In this document: in pieces, positions 12,371 to 24,925 of the stretch
Numbering within the stretch: the first letter of the stretch is position 1
How the letters are laid out: each line of letters begins with the position of its first letter
Assembly (NCBI GenBank): GCA_951406725.2
Contig: OX597817.1
Location: 28,954,001-29,018,000 of the forward strand
DNA length: 64,000 bases
Origin: Octopus vulgaris
Taxonomy: Eukaryota
Direction of reading: 5' to 3'
Program-made: the position numbers and the translations under genes
Notes under the pieces: model-generated
Told to the model about the DNA's origin: nothing
Databases searched by the model: none
What the model saw: only the letters and a program-made list of their open reading frames with translations

Positions 12371-15300
12371 AAGTAGGATCACATCTACAATTGGTTGGTA
12401 AGACAAGGCTGTCAACATGAATTATATAAGAATTTAAAAAGACTAAGTGTACATTGGTCTGATTTGAGATGAAGTAGCAATCAATGTTTTGCACACAGTC
12501 TTTGTTAAAAGAAATTTGTGCAAGTTGTAAGATTTTTATTCAGAATGATCTCCCTTGCCTTTGACAATTCATTCTTAACACTGATAGTTTCTCTTTTTAT
12601 TATGTATCGTTTTAATTCTGTTTTTTATTTATCATTACATTGTATTAGTACTCCCTTCCTTGAGTTTTTTATGCACAACGCATCTTTGGGAAATTTTTCC
12701 ATCTCATTATTGCTTATGTGAAGACCAACAATGTTGCTTTTTCTAAATAAGATGTAAGATTGCCAATGAACTAGGGGAGCCCATGCTGATGGTTGGTTAT
12801 TGAAGTAAACAATCTGAAGCTTGTGCATGTGTGTATTATTAATGTATAGTTTCCACTCCAGTAGATGTGTTTGGTGTGGAAGTTATTGGCTAATAGACAA
12901 TAGGTTCAGATGTGTTACCTTTCTTAGAAAATATGACCTGTTCTTCTATCAAGGATAAAGTGGAACAGAATAAATAGAAAAGATAGAAAAATTATAGTTG
13001 CAATATAATATTCAATGAAATTTTTTTTCTCCTTTTTTAAAAATTATATTTCAGACAAGAAAGAATTTGAAACAGACAAATTAAACATACTTTTCACATT
13101 TTCTGTTTGTTGTACTTGCAGATTTAACTTCTTTTTTCCCCTGTTGAAATGTTATATTAATTTTGTTTTATCTTTAAAATTTGATCTATTACTGTGTCAT
13201 ATTTTTGAAACATATCTCTTTCCATATTTTTTTCCCTGGGTTTAATTTATATAGATATTATATAGATATTTCATAGTAGATGAAGAAGTGATAGGGGAAT
13301 GTCCATATGTAGACACACAAACTGGCTTACAACAACTAAGAGAATTTACTTTTGCCAGGAATTGCTGGAAGATTATAACGTTTTTTTTCTTATCTATATT
13401 AACATTAGAATATAGCAAGGACATTTAAACACAAATATATAAAATAGATTGGAAAGCATATGTAATTGAAACATTTATGGTAATCTTCTTAATTAATATG
13501 TATTTCTGTTTCTAGAAAATTGGTTTTGTGTCCTAGTGATGAGACCTATAATATTTTTGTTTCTCTCCAAAGGACAATTTAGACACCTCTATTTCAGAGT
13601 ATATCAGATATTCCACTGTTGATCAATATGAGTTACTTTTTACCAAAGTGAAATATTACTGGTCTCGTCACTAGAAGGTGGTAAGGGTTCACTCCCTTGC
13701 TCGCAATATATCAGATGCAAGTGTGCATCATTAACCAGTTAGAGGAAATGTCCTCTTAGGGTTAAAAAATCGCAATAATATCCATTCGAACAGAACAGCC
13801 ATGTTAAAGTGGCAACAAACATTACTTGAGATAATTTCTTGAAATTCAGTAGAATTTTATTAACTTCAAAAATTTTCCCCTCTTAAAATTCTATCTAACC
13901 TTTTTGGTTGGCAATTTTGGTTGGCAGAAACTGAAAGAAGCCTATCAGATATATGTGTGTGTGTGTGTGTACATAAATGTGAGGGTGCATAGCATTGTCT
14001 TGACATCACATGACTTTTGTAAATGAATGTCATTATGACCGGTATCCTGCAAAAACATGTTTGACCGTGGGAAAATATTACACTGTTTAGAAACAGATTA
14101 GGTTTGGCAACTGGAATGACATATAGCTGTAGAAAATTGTACTTCAATAAACTCCATGGAAGAGTGGACATTAAATCAATGATGCTGATACACATTTCTT
14201 CATTCATTTCCTATTCATTACTCCCAGCCCCTTTATTTTCTAGTTGTTTAAAGACATATCAAGTTGGATTGTGGATAATAGTGTAGTTTCCATATGTTTA
14301 ATAGTCCTGCCTAAAATGCATTTCTGCTTTTATCTAATTTGTAATAGTTTTAGTATATTTCATACTGTAACTGGTGTAATTGAATCTGTAAGAATGTAAG
14401 AATTGTATACTTTTAAAAAATAGTTTTTCTTGCTTCACACACATGTGCATCCACCCACCCACACAAATGTATTGATATATATATATATATATCTACTCAC
14501 ATATATATTCTTTTTTCTTTTCCCTCTTAATCCTTGATTTAAGTCTATAACTCAATGATAGTATGTAAGACATCCTCTTCGAACAAACAGTATTTCTCTT
14601 TGAAGCTAATAGAATTTTGTCTTTAAGTACAGATTTATTCCTTTTCATTATCAACGTAGCATATTTCTTTTAACAGCAAATTCTCGCCCTAAATCTTCAG
14701 TTCAGACATGCATAATTAAAGAGATGTATTTGTTTGTTTTTCACCTTTAGCAAAGATCTTAAGCGCATTCATAAGCAACGATTGTATGAGCTTAGAACTC
14801 TCTATAATGGAAATAAGGCAATAATGCGAAAGAAAGGGAGGAAATTATTATTATCAACTGTTAAAGTTCTGCACTATAGATATCCCCATCTATTGCCAAA
14901 TCCTGAAGTGCTTGAAACCACAGTTCAAATAGTGTTGTTGTTTTGATGTCAAAAGCTGGTGATATCATTTATTAGTGATTTAATCATCATTATTTATTTA
15001 TGATTTAATTAGGAAATCAATTCCCAAGAATCGATATCTTATAAATATATGCGAAAAAAATCAACTTATGTGCAGTCAACTATATTCTATCTACCTTGGT
15101 TAGGGAAAGGTCATGACAACAAGGAAAAACTACATTCACAATGTATATCAATGATCATTATATAGCATCGGCAAATTTTATCCAAATTTGTGCTATAGTT
15201 ATATTCTTATGGTCTCTATGCTGGACTACTGCATTTTATCAAAATTTCTATTTTCTTACAGGCTTAATACATTTATATAGAGAGAGCACAACAGGGACTT

Positions 15301-16423
15301 ACTTGCTGTACCACTATGTGATGGCTCAACAGGGTTGGGATCAGTTCTTTGTAGGCAGTGCTGGTTTTGTATATGGTTTGGAGGACCACACCTTCTACAG
15401 TTCATTTTGGCTCTATTTCTTCAGCTCGATGTCTTTGCAATTACCAGCCACTTTAAAGAATGTATTGGGTGCATCTCATCATGGCACCAGCACTTGGGAG
15501 GTTATCTTGTCCTCAATAATACAAGATCAAACAGTCCTCTCAAACAAATGGGCATTCTCTACTCATTTGCTGCTCCTCTGTTCATTTACCTTTCTCTGCT
15601 CAACCACCTTTCTCCAAAGTGGTAGGGTACGATTTGAGAGAGATTTAATTGCTGTTCCTAGCAGGTTGTGTGACAGTTTAGTGGCTTCTTTATTAGACTA
15701 ATTATGTGAAATTGTAGGGATTAGTACAGTGTTTGTTTTGGTTCATGTTCTACATTACAGTCAGTACAACTAGTATTATTTCAAATCTTGTTTACTTTCA
15801 TTTCAAAGTTCTTGTACATTGGTAGTTTTTTTAACTTCTCATTTAGTTATGTTATCTTTCTGCATTGTAGTTCTTGATGTTTCTCTTTTCGGCATCAAAT
15901 AAATATCCAGGAGGATATTTTGAATCAAATATCCAAATGTTACACTACAAAGGCTTTTCAGTAATCAATTCATTCTGTTTCAGCCTTACCTGTCTTCAAT
16001 GTGTAAAACACTAATAATTGCTCTTTATAACCATAACCATCCTTTTGACTCCCTAGTAATATAAAATTATCAGAAGTGCAGCCTACTATTTTAAGGGTAA
16101 AGATTTTTGTGTTCTATTTTTAGGTTTTTTAGTTACAAAGTTATTTGCATGGTAAGGGGAGGAGGTCTTCATTTTTTTTTTTTGTTATATGTATATTTTC
16201 TTTTTCGGTATTCAAGTGTTATTTGGGTTTATTTGATGATTCCTTAACTGCTTTCACTACATTTACTTGCGTACTTGTTATGTACTTTACTCACAAATTG
16301 TGGTATTGGATTCTGTATTAATTACATAAATCTGCCTGCTACACATGTACTGTTATTTAAGCCTTGGTCGGTCCTGGACAAGCAAAAGCATTTCAGTCAT
16401 TTGTCCAAACTATATATATATAT

Positions 16424-16626
16424 AAAGTTAATCCAAACAAGAAAGCACAAAAAAACACAACAACGCAAGGACGTGGAACAAATGTAGTATTATTGGACGC
16501 TCAGGAAAGAACGAGGGTTTAACGTTTCGAGCGGAGCTCTTCGTCGGAAACATAGGAGAAGGAAAGATCCAGAGAAGGGAAGACAGAGGAAAAAAATTGC
16601 CAACGGTACACACGAGGTCACATTTT
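16424..16626 (-). mobile_element. Penelope-like pseudo-LTR fragment between TA tracts
   Basis: CpG-rich non-coding segment between (TA)n tracts that carries a minimal hammerhead-like core (see 16518-16550). Confidence 0.5.
16518..16550 (-). ncRNA. Minimal type I hammerhead-like ribozyme motif (U4C variant)
   Basis: Reverse complement: ttt CCGACGA a gagc tcc gctc GAAA cg TT aaa. Stem II gagc/gctc, palindromic mini stem III, stem I ttt/aaa. Confidence 0.45.
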
Positions 16627-16647
16627 ATATATGAGTCCACAACCCGT

Positions 16648-17243
16648 GGCCTTCTACATGGGATGGAGCCAGCCTACGTATGCATACCTTCCCTTCTTGG
16701 GACACAAAACTCTACTTGTGAAGACGTGTTGAGGCAAGTGAGGATCAGAATCGAAATCGATCAATGGAAATTGCGGATGTGCTACCAGTGCCGGTGGCAT
16801 GTCGAAACTCTGCTTGTGAAGACCCATTGAGGCAAGTGAGGATCAGAATCGAAATCGATCAATGGAAATCGATCAATGGAAATTGCAGATGTGTTACCAG
16901 TGCCGGTGGCATGTAAGAGAACTTTCCGTTTCGCGACCGTTGCCAGCACCGCCCCGTTTCGTGTCCGTTGCCAGCTTCGCCTGGCCCTCGTGCCAGTGGC
17001 ATATAAAAAGCACCATCCGTTCGTGGCCGTTTGCCAGCTCTGTCTGGCACCAGTGCGGGTGGCACGTAAAAAGCACCCACTACACTCACGGAGTGGTTGG
17101 CGTTAGGAAGGGCATCCAGCCGTAGAAACACTGCCAGATTTGACTGGGCCTGATGAAGCCTTCTGGCTTCACAGACCCCAGTAGAACCGTCCAACCCATG
17201 CTAGCATGGAAAACGGACGCTAAATGATGATGATGATGATGAT
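16648..17243 (+). mobile_element. Retroposon family C, longest copy
   Basis: Contains a ~97-bp internal duplication (16708-16913), ~60-bp GC-rich subrepeats and a (GAT)n tail. Near-identical to 32896-33334. Confidence 0.85.
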
Positions 17244-17915
17244 ATACACATATACAGTGTGTCTCTGTGTCCATTTTTAAAGATGTAGCTATGATTTGAG
17301 GGAAATTTAGCTTTTATTTCTAACTTGGCAAACAACCATATAGAGGTACCATCATTAGCTCGTTGGTAGTGGTTTGGATTGTCTGTAAATTTTCTGCTAC
17401 TTATGCAAGTATTTGATTTGGTAAAAAAGGAACTCATAATTATTTTCTTTCTAACTCATTGCATAACATGCTGTATACTTTGGCTCCATATATGCTCTGA
17501 ATTTGATTGACTTTCTTTTCTTAAGCATATTCTTTGCTTAGAACTAGGTTTATTTTAAGGTTTACTAGACTATTTCATTATTTGTTTTGAATACTTGGTT
17601 CTGTTAGAAAAGGAAAGATGATTATATTACTAAAGCATCTTGCACAAAATCTCTTTGGTAGGATTAATTTGTTATTTTCACAATCTCTTCACTTCTCTAT
17701 ATGTTGTATATTCTTAATACAATTTTTTCTTTTTTTTTTCCTATTCTAGTTGAATGAGTAAAAGAACATGTTTTTTCACCTTGTTTAACTTGTAAAGTAT
17801 TACTGTACGCTATTTTGCAAGATTAGGGTAAACACAATTTTGCCCAGTACTACCATATTCATGTTCAGAGTTACCTTAACAAATACGAATGCTGATTGCT
17901 GATGTCATAATAATA

Positions 17916-18384
17916 ATTCTTTCTACAATAGGCACAAGGCCTGAAACTTTTTTTTTTGGGGGGGGGGTTAGTCGATTATGTCAACCCCATTGCGTAACCG
18001 GTACTTAATTTATTGATAATGATACAAGGCTGCAAGCTGGCAGAAACGTTAGCACGTCGGGTGAAATGCTTAGCAGTATTTCGTCTGCCGTTACGTTCTG
18101 AGTTCAAATTCCGCCGAGGTCGACTTTACTTTTCATCCTTTCGGGGTCAATAAATTAAGTACCAGTTACGCACTGTGGTCGATGTAATCGACTTAATACC
18201 TATGTCTGTCCTTGTTTGTCCCCTCTATGTTTAGCCCCTTGTGGGTAATAAAGAAATAGGTACTTAATTTATCGAGCCCGAAAAAATGAAAGGCAAAGTC
18301 GACCTCGGCAGAATATGAACACAGAATGCAGTGATGCTAAGCATTTCATCTGGTGTACTAGCAATTCTGCCAGCTCGCCACCTT
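17916..18384 (-). mobile_element. SINE family B2 (ATT-tailed variant), split by a nested B1 copy
   Basis: 3' part at 17916-18016 (ttctttctacaataggcacaaggcctgaaa) and 5' part at 18259-18384 (aaaggcaaagtcgacctcggc...gccagctcgccacctt). Flanked by (aat)n. Confidence 0.8.
18027..18258 (+). mobile_element. tRNA-derived SINE family B1
   Basis: agctggcagaaacgttagcacg...gagttcaaattccgccgaggtcgac...gtgggtaataaagaaata. TSD ggtacttaatttat(t/c)ga at 18000-18016 and 18259-18275. Confidence 0.9.
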
Positions 18385-18386
18385 AC

Positions 18387-18735
18387 AATAATGATAATAA
18401 TAATGAACTTATTGTATATAGTGCTCAGGTGCACTACAACTCATCAGAAAAAAGAAACTAAAACTGCATGCACAGTACATAAAAATATGTACAGGAAGTG
18501 AACAGTGAAAAAAAGCCTGAACAGAAATAAAGAAGAAGAAATGGTGGGTGGGGAGCATCAGGTGTACTGTTGGCGAATTTCAAGAAGCATGAAAGCTTTG
18601 AAGAATGTAATGTCTTGACAGCTAACAACTGATGCAGGTAGTTTATTCCATGCGTCAGAAATTCTGCTCATGAAAAAAGGCTTCTGCAAGTCATAGGTCC
18701 TGTGTTGTTTTCTTGATTTTGTAAGCATATGCATG
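18387..18735 (-). mobile_element. CR1/L2-group LINE 3' end (ORF2 C-terminus, 3' UTR, (TAT)n tail)
   Basis: Translation RKQHRTYDLQKPFFMSRISDAWNKLPASVVSCQDITFFKAF fits the CR1-type terminal motif FFxxRxxxxWNxLPxxVV...FK. Confidence 0.7.
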
Positions 18736-19204
18736 AGTGTTATCATTACTCATTAACTCTAAGTCAGCTCTGATTTAGCAAACTTATGAACACAGTTGTT
18801 CTATTTTCCAGAAAGTATCTAATGTAACATCATTTACCATTTAAAATACTGACGTATGATTTATGGAAGAATTAGTTGCTATTTCTTGTCGATTAAGTGA
18901 AAACTAGTAAATAGGCTTCCTTGTTGATTCAGATTGTTAAATGTTGTTTAAACGAAACGGTATTATTTGATAAAATATCTAATAGTATATATTTTCCATT
19001 TTCTGTATGTTGTGTTCAAACTTTGATGAACTTGATCTCTCCATTTCATTTTTCTGGATAAGGTGAATGGTGTACAATACAATAACCAACAGGGTGACTA
19101 TTTTTTCCTTCAGTTTGTTATTTCCTGCATATGTTTAGAAATTATTATTGTTATTATATGTTAGTACTAATATTATCTTTAATCTTATTTTTTTTTTGTA
19201 TTAG

Positions 19205-19409
19205 GTTATATGGACAAATCAAAGACATACACTGTTGACGATGAGAGATCGTCGAATTACTGATGATGTCCGTATAATGGTGGTTCGTGATCATCCTGGT
19301 GAGTGGAACTTACATATAAGGGATGTGGAACCATCTGATCAAGGTCAATTCAACTGTCAAATTAATACAGTTCCTGTAAAAATAAACAAGGTGAATCTAT
19401 TTGTATTAG
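19205..19409 (+). CDS. Internal coding exon of a lachesin/DIP/IgLON-like immunoglobulin-superfamily cell-adhesion protein (C to G strands of a V/I-set Ig domain)
   Basis: Polypyrimidine tract and ttag acceptor (19201-19204); gtgagt donor (19410-19415). 205 bp, phase 0 to phase 1. Translation VIWTNQRHTLLTMRDRRITDDVRIMVVRDHPGEWNLHIRDVEPSDQGQFNCQINTVPVKINKVNLFVL has the C-strand W, W-x-L-x-I, D-x-G-x-F-x-C and CQINTxP. Confidence 0.9.
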
Positions 19410-21855
19410 GTGAGTATTATGAAAATGTTATCTTTTCTATATAATTCAGAAGTTTTGCAAGTGCATTTATATATAATCAAAGGTTAAAAAATACATGATT
19501 ATGTGGAAAAGTTTATGAGGCCAAAAAAAAAGGTAAAAAATAGGAAAGCTTCCTCTGTTATTTTAATTGAATGATATTGACATAATTTAAGTGTTTTTAT
19601 TTATTTCATTTATTGCATGATCTATGTTTTTTGAGCCTTTTTTTTAAATTTGATAGTTCTTCCTAATCTTAATTTCAGTTTTTCTTAATCTATACGGATG
19701 AATAAATTTGTTTGCCATGTAGTAAAGTGCAGGGAATTGAGATCTCATTCTCCACAAATTCACCCTCATACCTAGAATTATTCACATTTACTTCACACTT
19801 TTCACACATGGATGAGCTGAAGGATTAGCAATTCTGGGCATGACCATAAATTTTTAAAGTTTCTTACAGTTTTAATTTGATTACATTGACATGAACAGAT
19901 TTAATATAAGTTGATAAAATTTTCTTGTATGAGTAAATTTTATATTACTGTTGTTAACTCTCTACTGGCTGAAATTAAAACATTTTCACTTAATTTTTTA
20001 AACAATTTCTTTAAGATGAAAATTATATTCCATTTGAAGGGAAACTATTATTAACTTTGTATCAGGAAAAGAAATGCTATATTGAAATACTCAAGAATAT
20101 TTATGATTTTATCTCAATTCTTTAACATATTTTAATGTTTTGATATTTAGTTCTCTTGTTCCCTTTGGATATCTGTCAGTTTTTCATTTATTTTAAAGAA
20201 TGTATTTGGCTAATTTTATTATGAATACACAACTATAAAAATTAAAGAATTTGGTTGCTTTTCATGGTAATTTCTAATTCCATTGCTTCAAATATCTCTC
20301 TAAATACAAAATTAAGGAAAAGAAGATACCTTAAAGCTGGACCATGAAGTTCTGAGTAGAATTTTGTTAATAAAATTTCTCATCAACAATTCTCTTGAAA
20401 CCCTTCCCATGATAATTCAGAATAATTTATAGTTAGATTACAAACATGTAGAGAAAAATTTGTATACTATATATTTTGAATGTAGCCAGCCCTAATTATG
20501 AACTGAAAAATTCAGTATATAAATCTAATCAATTCAATAATAACCATGCCACTATAACCTATACAGAATTATACAGTACTGTGATGAGTGGAGTGAAATG
20601 TAACAGGCAAATGAGATAATAAATTGTTGAATGACAAATATTTCCCAGTGCATGTTAATTTGTGGTTGTTCCTATCTAATTAGTGTAGCTTTTGAATACT
20701 CATGTCACCAATATTTCTAACAAAAGCTTTTATATAAATTTTAATTTCTACTTCCTTGCAGCTGTCTAAATGCTTCCTAGAATTGAAGCTTTCATATCTG
20801 AATGCTTTGTGATAATATATGTTTCATGCATTTGCTGGACTTATAGTCTGTAATCTTCCACTGGAATATGCCCAAAGAAGGGAGAGAGGAAGTAATAAGT
20901 CACAACTTAACAATGATTGCTAGTTAAGATCCTAAGTGAACATATTAATGTCATATCTACAGTAAGAAAGGAAAACTGAACTCGTAACTGATTTATCCTA
21001 GGTCTGAAAAATTTGCATCACCAAAATATAGAAAATACACAAAATATAAATTTACAACTAGAATTAGTGTTCAGTGCTTTAAAGCTTACGAAAGTTCTGA
21101 GAACATTAAACTCTGACATAATATTAAGACTTTTTTTGCTGTCCTCAGGTTTTATTCAACATTTTAACAACCGTATTGTGCTTAATAGAAACCTGAAGAT
21201 GACTTCAAAGCAAGATTGATTGATTTATGGCAGTACAACAAACAAGGGAGGCTACTTAAAGTGACAGGTTGTAGAACTGAATGACTTTAAAGCTATTCAA
21301 GACTGAACAAGATAGGAACTTTGAGTCAGTGGAATTGGCAAAATCATGCATGAAGATAGTAAAGATAAACATTTCTAACCTCAGTTATAATTGTGATAAA
21401 AATAAGAAAACAATTAAGTAAAATATTGCAATAACAAGCCCGAATACTAAAACAGTGATCATGCATTAGTCCAATTATCTGTGACTTAAAGCAATTAAAC
21501 TTTAAATATGTAATCATTCATATTGAAGTTCTGTTATTCATTATTTTGATTAATTGCCTAGCCTTTCAAAATATTTTCTGTCTAACTAGTTTATGGCAGT
21601 TGAAAAAAGCAAAGTAAAGAAATAACAAAAAAGATTAGAAATCAAATAATAACTAACATACAATATAACAAAAAAAAAAAGGATGATTAGTTCAGTTGAT
21701 CATGCAATTTATCATTGTTGACTGAATAATTTTCAAGCAATTATGAGTGCCTTTGATCAAACATTTAGTAAAGATTTTCTTGCTATAAATATTGTACAAA
21801 CCAGAATAGTTTTCTTCAATTTCCCATCATATTATCATGTATATATAAATGTATG

Positions 21856-21886
<31 letters not shown>

Positions 21887-21971
21887 GTGTGTATGTATAT
21901 ATGCATGTATGTGTATTTTTACATATATACAGGTGCATGTGTGTATATATATATATAATAATGATGATGAT

Positions 21972-22003
<32 letters not shown>

Positions 22004-22831
22004 CATGATACTCCTTATATATATGTACACAGATATACATATATATAATCTTCAACTATATTTAGTTATTTTATATATCTAAAGATTATTTCGATACTTT
22101 AGTTTTGATATAAATATCTTCCATACTCTGGAATATTTTCGTAAATTGATCTTGCAATTTCAGAGAATTTCTTTTGTTTAATGTGCTATTATTTAACATT
22201 AAGAAAGAATATTTTCTTGCTAAAGAGTTTAAAAAAAAAAAATCAGCAAAATACGTGAGATGATCAAAAAATTATATTATGCATTTAAAGTTGTGCATAT
22301 GAAATCATGTTAAAAGAATGAAAATTTTTGGCATTTATAGTCATATTTTACAAGGTTTGGCTTAACTGTGTTTGACTGCTACATTAATTGTAGTATTTCT
22401 GTATATCTCAGCATAAACTGATATTTGTTGCTAAATATATTCTTTTAATTCTTTTTGTCAACATGACATGAATATATCTCCGATGTCATTTCTCAAGGCA
22501 TCTCAATGTATGGCACTATTTGGTCTGTGACACCTTTATAAAAACCTTTTAGTACATTGCATCATTTTGAAAATGACTTTCTTTGGCATCAGAAAAGTTA
22601 TTGTACCATGTAGCAACTGAAACCACTCACATTTTGCTCTGCAGTGTCCTGTGAGATTATTGTATACCATACTAAACAGTCTGAATTCAAAATATTTGAC
22701 ATAACATTGTATAACAGACAACATGTTAAAGAATTTTACAACAGAACTGTTTCTTTGATCAACCAGGTATTAACTTACGGTATTAACTTCTATAATCCTA
22801 AAGGACCCACATAGGGGAGTTTATTAGTATG

Positions 22832-22872
<41 letters not shown>

Positions 22873-22919
22873 TTTGGCATAATCTTATCCAAAATTGTAT
22901 CTCTTTGATTTTATATATA

Positions 22920-22959
<40 letters not shown>

Positions 22960-23305
22960 AAGAAGTTTTTTGAATGGTACAACAATGCACTATAATACAG
23001 ACAATGGACTATATACCTGTTGTTATTTAGTCATCCATAGTCTGATATGATATTTTGGAATAGTATTCCTTCTTCAGATATTCTTAGATGGAGTTGCTGC
23101 TATAATTGGTTTTCTAACGGCTGTGTTTGACTGCTACATTAATTGCCGTTAGAAAACCGATTATAGCAGTGACACCATCTATGAATATCTGAAGAAGGAA
23201 TATTATTCCAAAATATCATATCGGATTATGGATGACTAAATTACAACAGGTATATAGCCCATTGTCTATATTATAGTGCATTGTTGTACCTTTCAAAATT
23301 TATTC
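22960..23305. repeat. Long fold-back inverted repeat (~155-bp arms, 23-nt loop) with hammerhead-like vestige
   Basis: The arm ttttgaatggtacaacaatgcactataat...ggttttctaacggc is mirrored by gccgttagaaaacc...attatagtgcattgttgtacctttcaaaa. CTGAAGA-aggaatattattcc-AAAA-tatcata-TC lies at 23189-23222. Confidence 0.9.
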
Positions 23306-23373
23306 TTTACAAACAATACACAGTGCTTCAAGCGAACTACAATATCTCATATATATATATATATTTATTTATT

Positions 23374-23418
<45 letters not shown>

Positions 23419-24432
23419 CTACAGAGACAGAGAGAAAGGGAAATGTCTACTAAAGCTATAATTCATGGATACTTATGTGAAGCTAAGGTGTTGAAGTAAT
23501 TACAGGTACACCAGGGATCTACATATTCAAAGAAATGGGGAACAATGTTTCATATTTGAACTTTGTACTTTGTCACCACCAGGTTTAAATGAGCATTTTT
23601 TTCTCCTACACTTCTTCTGATTTCATTTAGCTGTTTCTTATCTTTTAATTCCTATCTCACTTCCTTTTTGCCTTTGCTCACTGTTTTGCTTCATTCCAAT
23701 CCTGTTTCATTCTACCTGTCTCTCTCCCAGATTCTTTGTCCTATTCTTTCCTGTCAGTATATGAAGCTTCTATGGTCTTGTATTCCTTATCAATTCCAAA
23801 CTGTTTTTCTAACTTAGAAGATTTAAAAACTCTGATGTGTCTCTAGTTTCTCACCTGTCAAATTTTTGTTGAAAAGGGATTATCTGAAACACTGAATTTT
23901 TCACTCCTCGCAGCAAGTTCACCGCCGAAATTTTGTCGATTTTATTAAATAATTCAATTCTTGCCAATGCAGAAACACTTACCTCTGTGTAACCTGTATG
24001 ATCATGTGTGTGTGAATGTGTGAATTTATGCATGTGTATTCTTAAAAGAGACATGAAGGTAGCTGAAATCCAAAGAGAATTCAATATGAATTTTGTACAT
24101 TACCAAAGAGTAAATAGATTTTCTGTTTGTCTGCCTATCAATCAATCAATATAGATATATTAGTTTCAGTCATTGGACTGTAGCTTTACTGAGTCTTGTC
24201 TTCACAGATTTAGCCAATCATATGAATCCCAGTATTTCAAGACTCATCAGTCTCTATACATTGATGTAGTTATAGGCTATAAAGAGACACAGCAAAGAAT
24301 ACCAGTTTTAGTCTAGTCTTGTGTATACATAAGAACAAATAAACACATAAATACACACACACACAAACATACATACACACACATATAAACATACATACAT
24401 ACTCACACATAGATATATATGTGTCTACATAT

Positions 24433-24645
24433 CTCTTTACTCTTTTACTTGTTTCAGTCATTTGACAGCGGCCATGCTGGAGCACCGCCTTTAATCGAGC
24501 AACTCAACCCCGGAACTTATTCTTTTGTTAGCCCAGTACTTATTCTATCGGTCTCTTTTTGCCGAACTGCTAAGTAACGGGGACATAAACACACCAGCAT
24601 CGGTTGTCAAGCAATGCTAGGGGGACAAACACAGACACACACATG

Positions 24646-24684
<39 letters not shown>

Positions 24685-24780
24685 GACGGGCTTCTTTCAG
24701 TTTCCGTCTACCAAATCCACTCACAAGGCTTTGGTCGGCCCGAGGCTATAGTAGAAGACACTTGCCCAAGGTGCCACGCA
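24433..24780 (-). mobile_element. SINE family A, head truncated
   Basis: Near-identical to 10266-10615; stops at ccaaggtgccacgca. Confidence 0.9.
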
Positions 24781-24789
24781 CCTGTATAA

Positions 24790-24925
24790 ATTATCTGTAT
24801 AAATTATCTTGTGTGTATAGTTAAACAACCCTACTATACTGTGTAGTGAACAAAATGAAAAACAAACAATGCACATGCATGAAATTAAAAATATAAAACG
24901 GCGACAATTTACCCATCGCACCCTG
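24790..24925 (-). mobile_element. Possible Tc1/mariner-type terminal fragment
   Basis: The reverse complement begins TA|CAGGGTGCGATGGGTAAATTGTCGCCG, a typical Tc1/mariner end. No second TIR seen. Confidence 0.35.

Noticed and set aside
15141-15701. Longest ORF (186 aa) as a gene
   Set aside because: No recognisable domain, and its 3' half overlaps degenerate SINE and old repeat sequence. Probably a chance ORF.
19235-19444. ORF-track boundaries of the Ig ORF
   Set aside because: The true unit is a spliced exon (19205-19409). The listed start is an internal TTG, and the tail GEYYENVIFSI is intron read-through.
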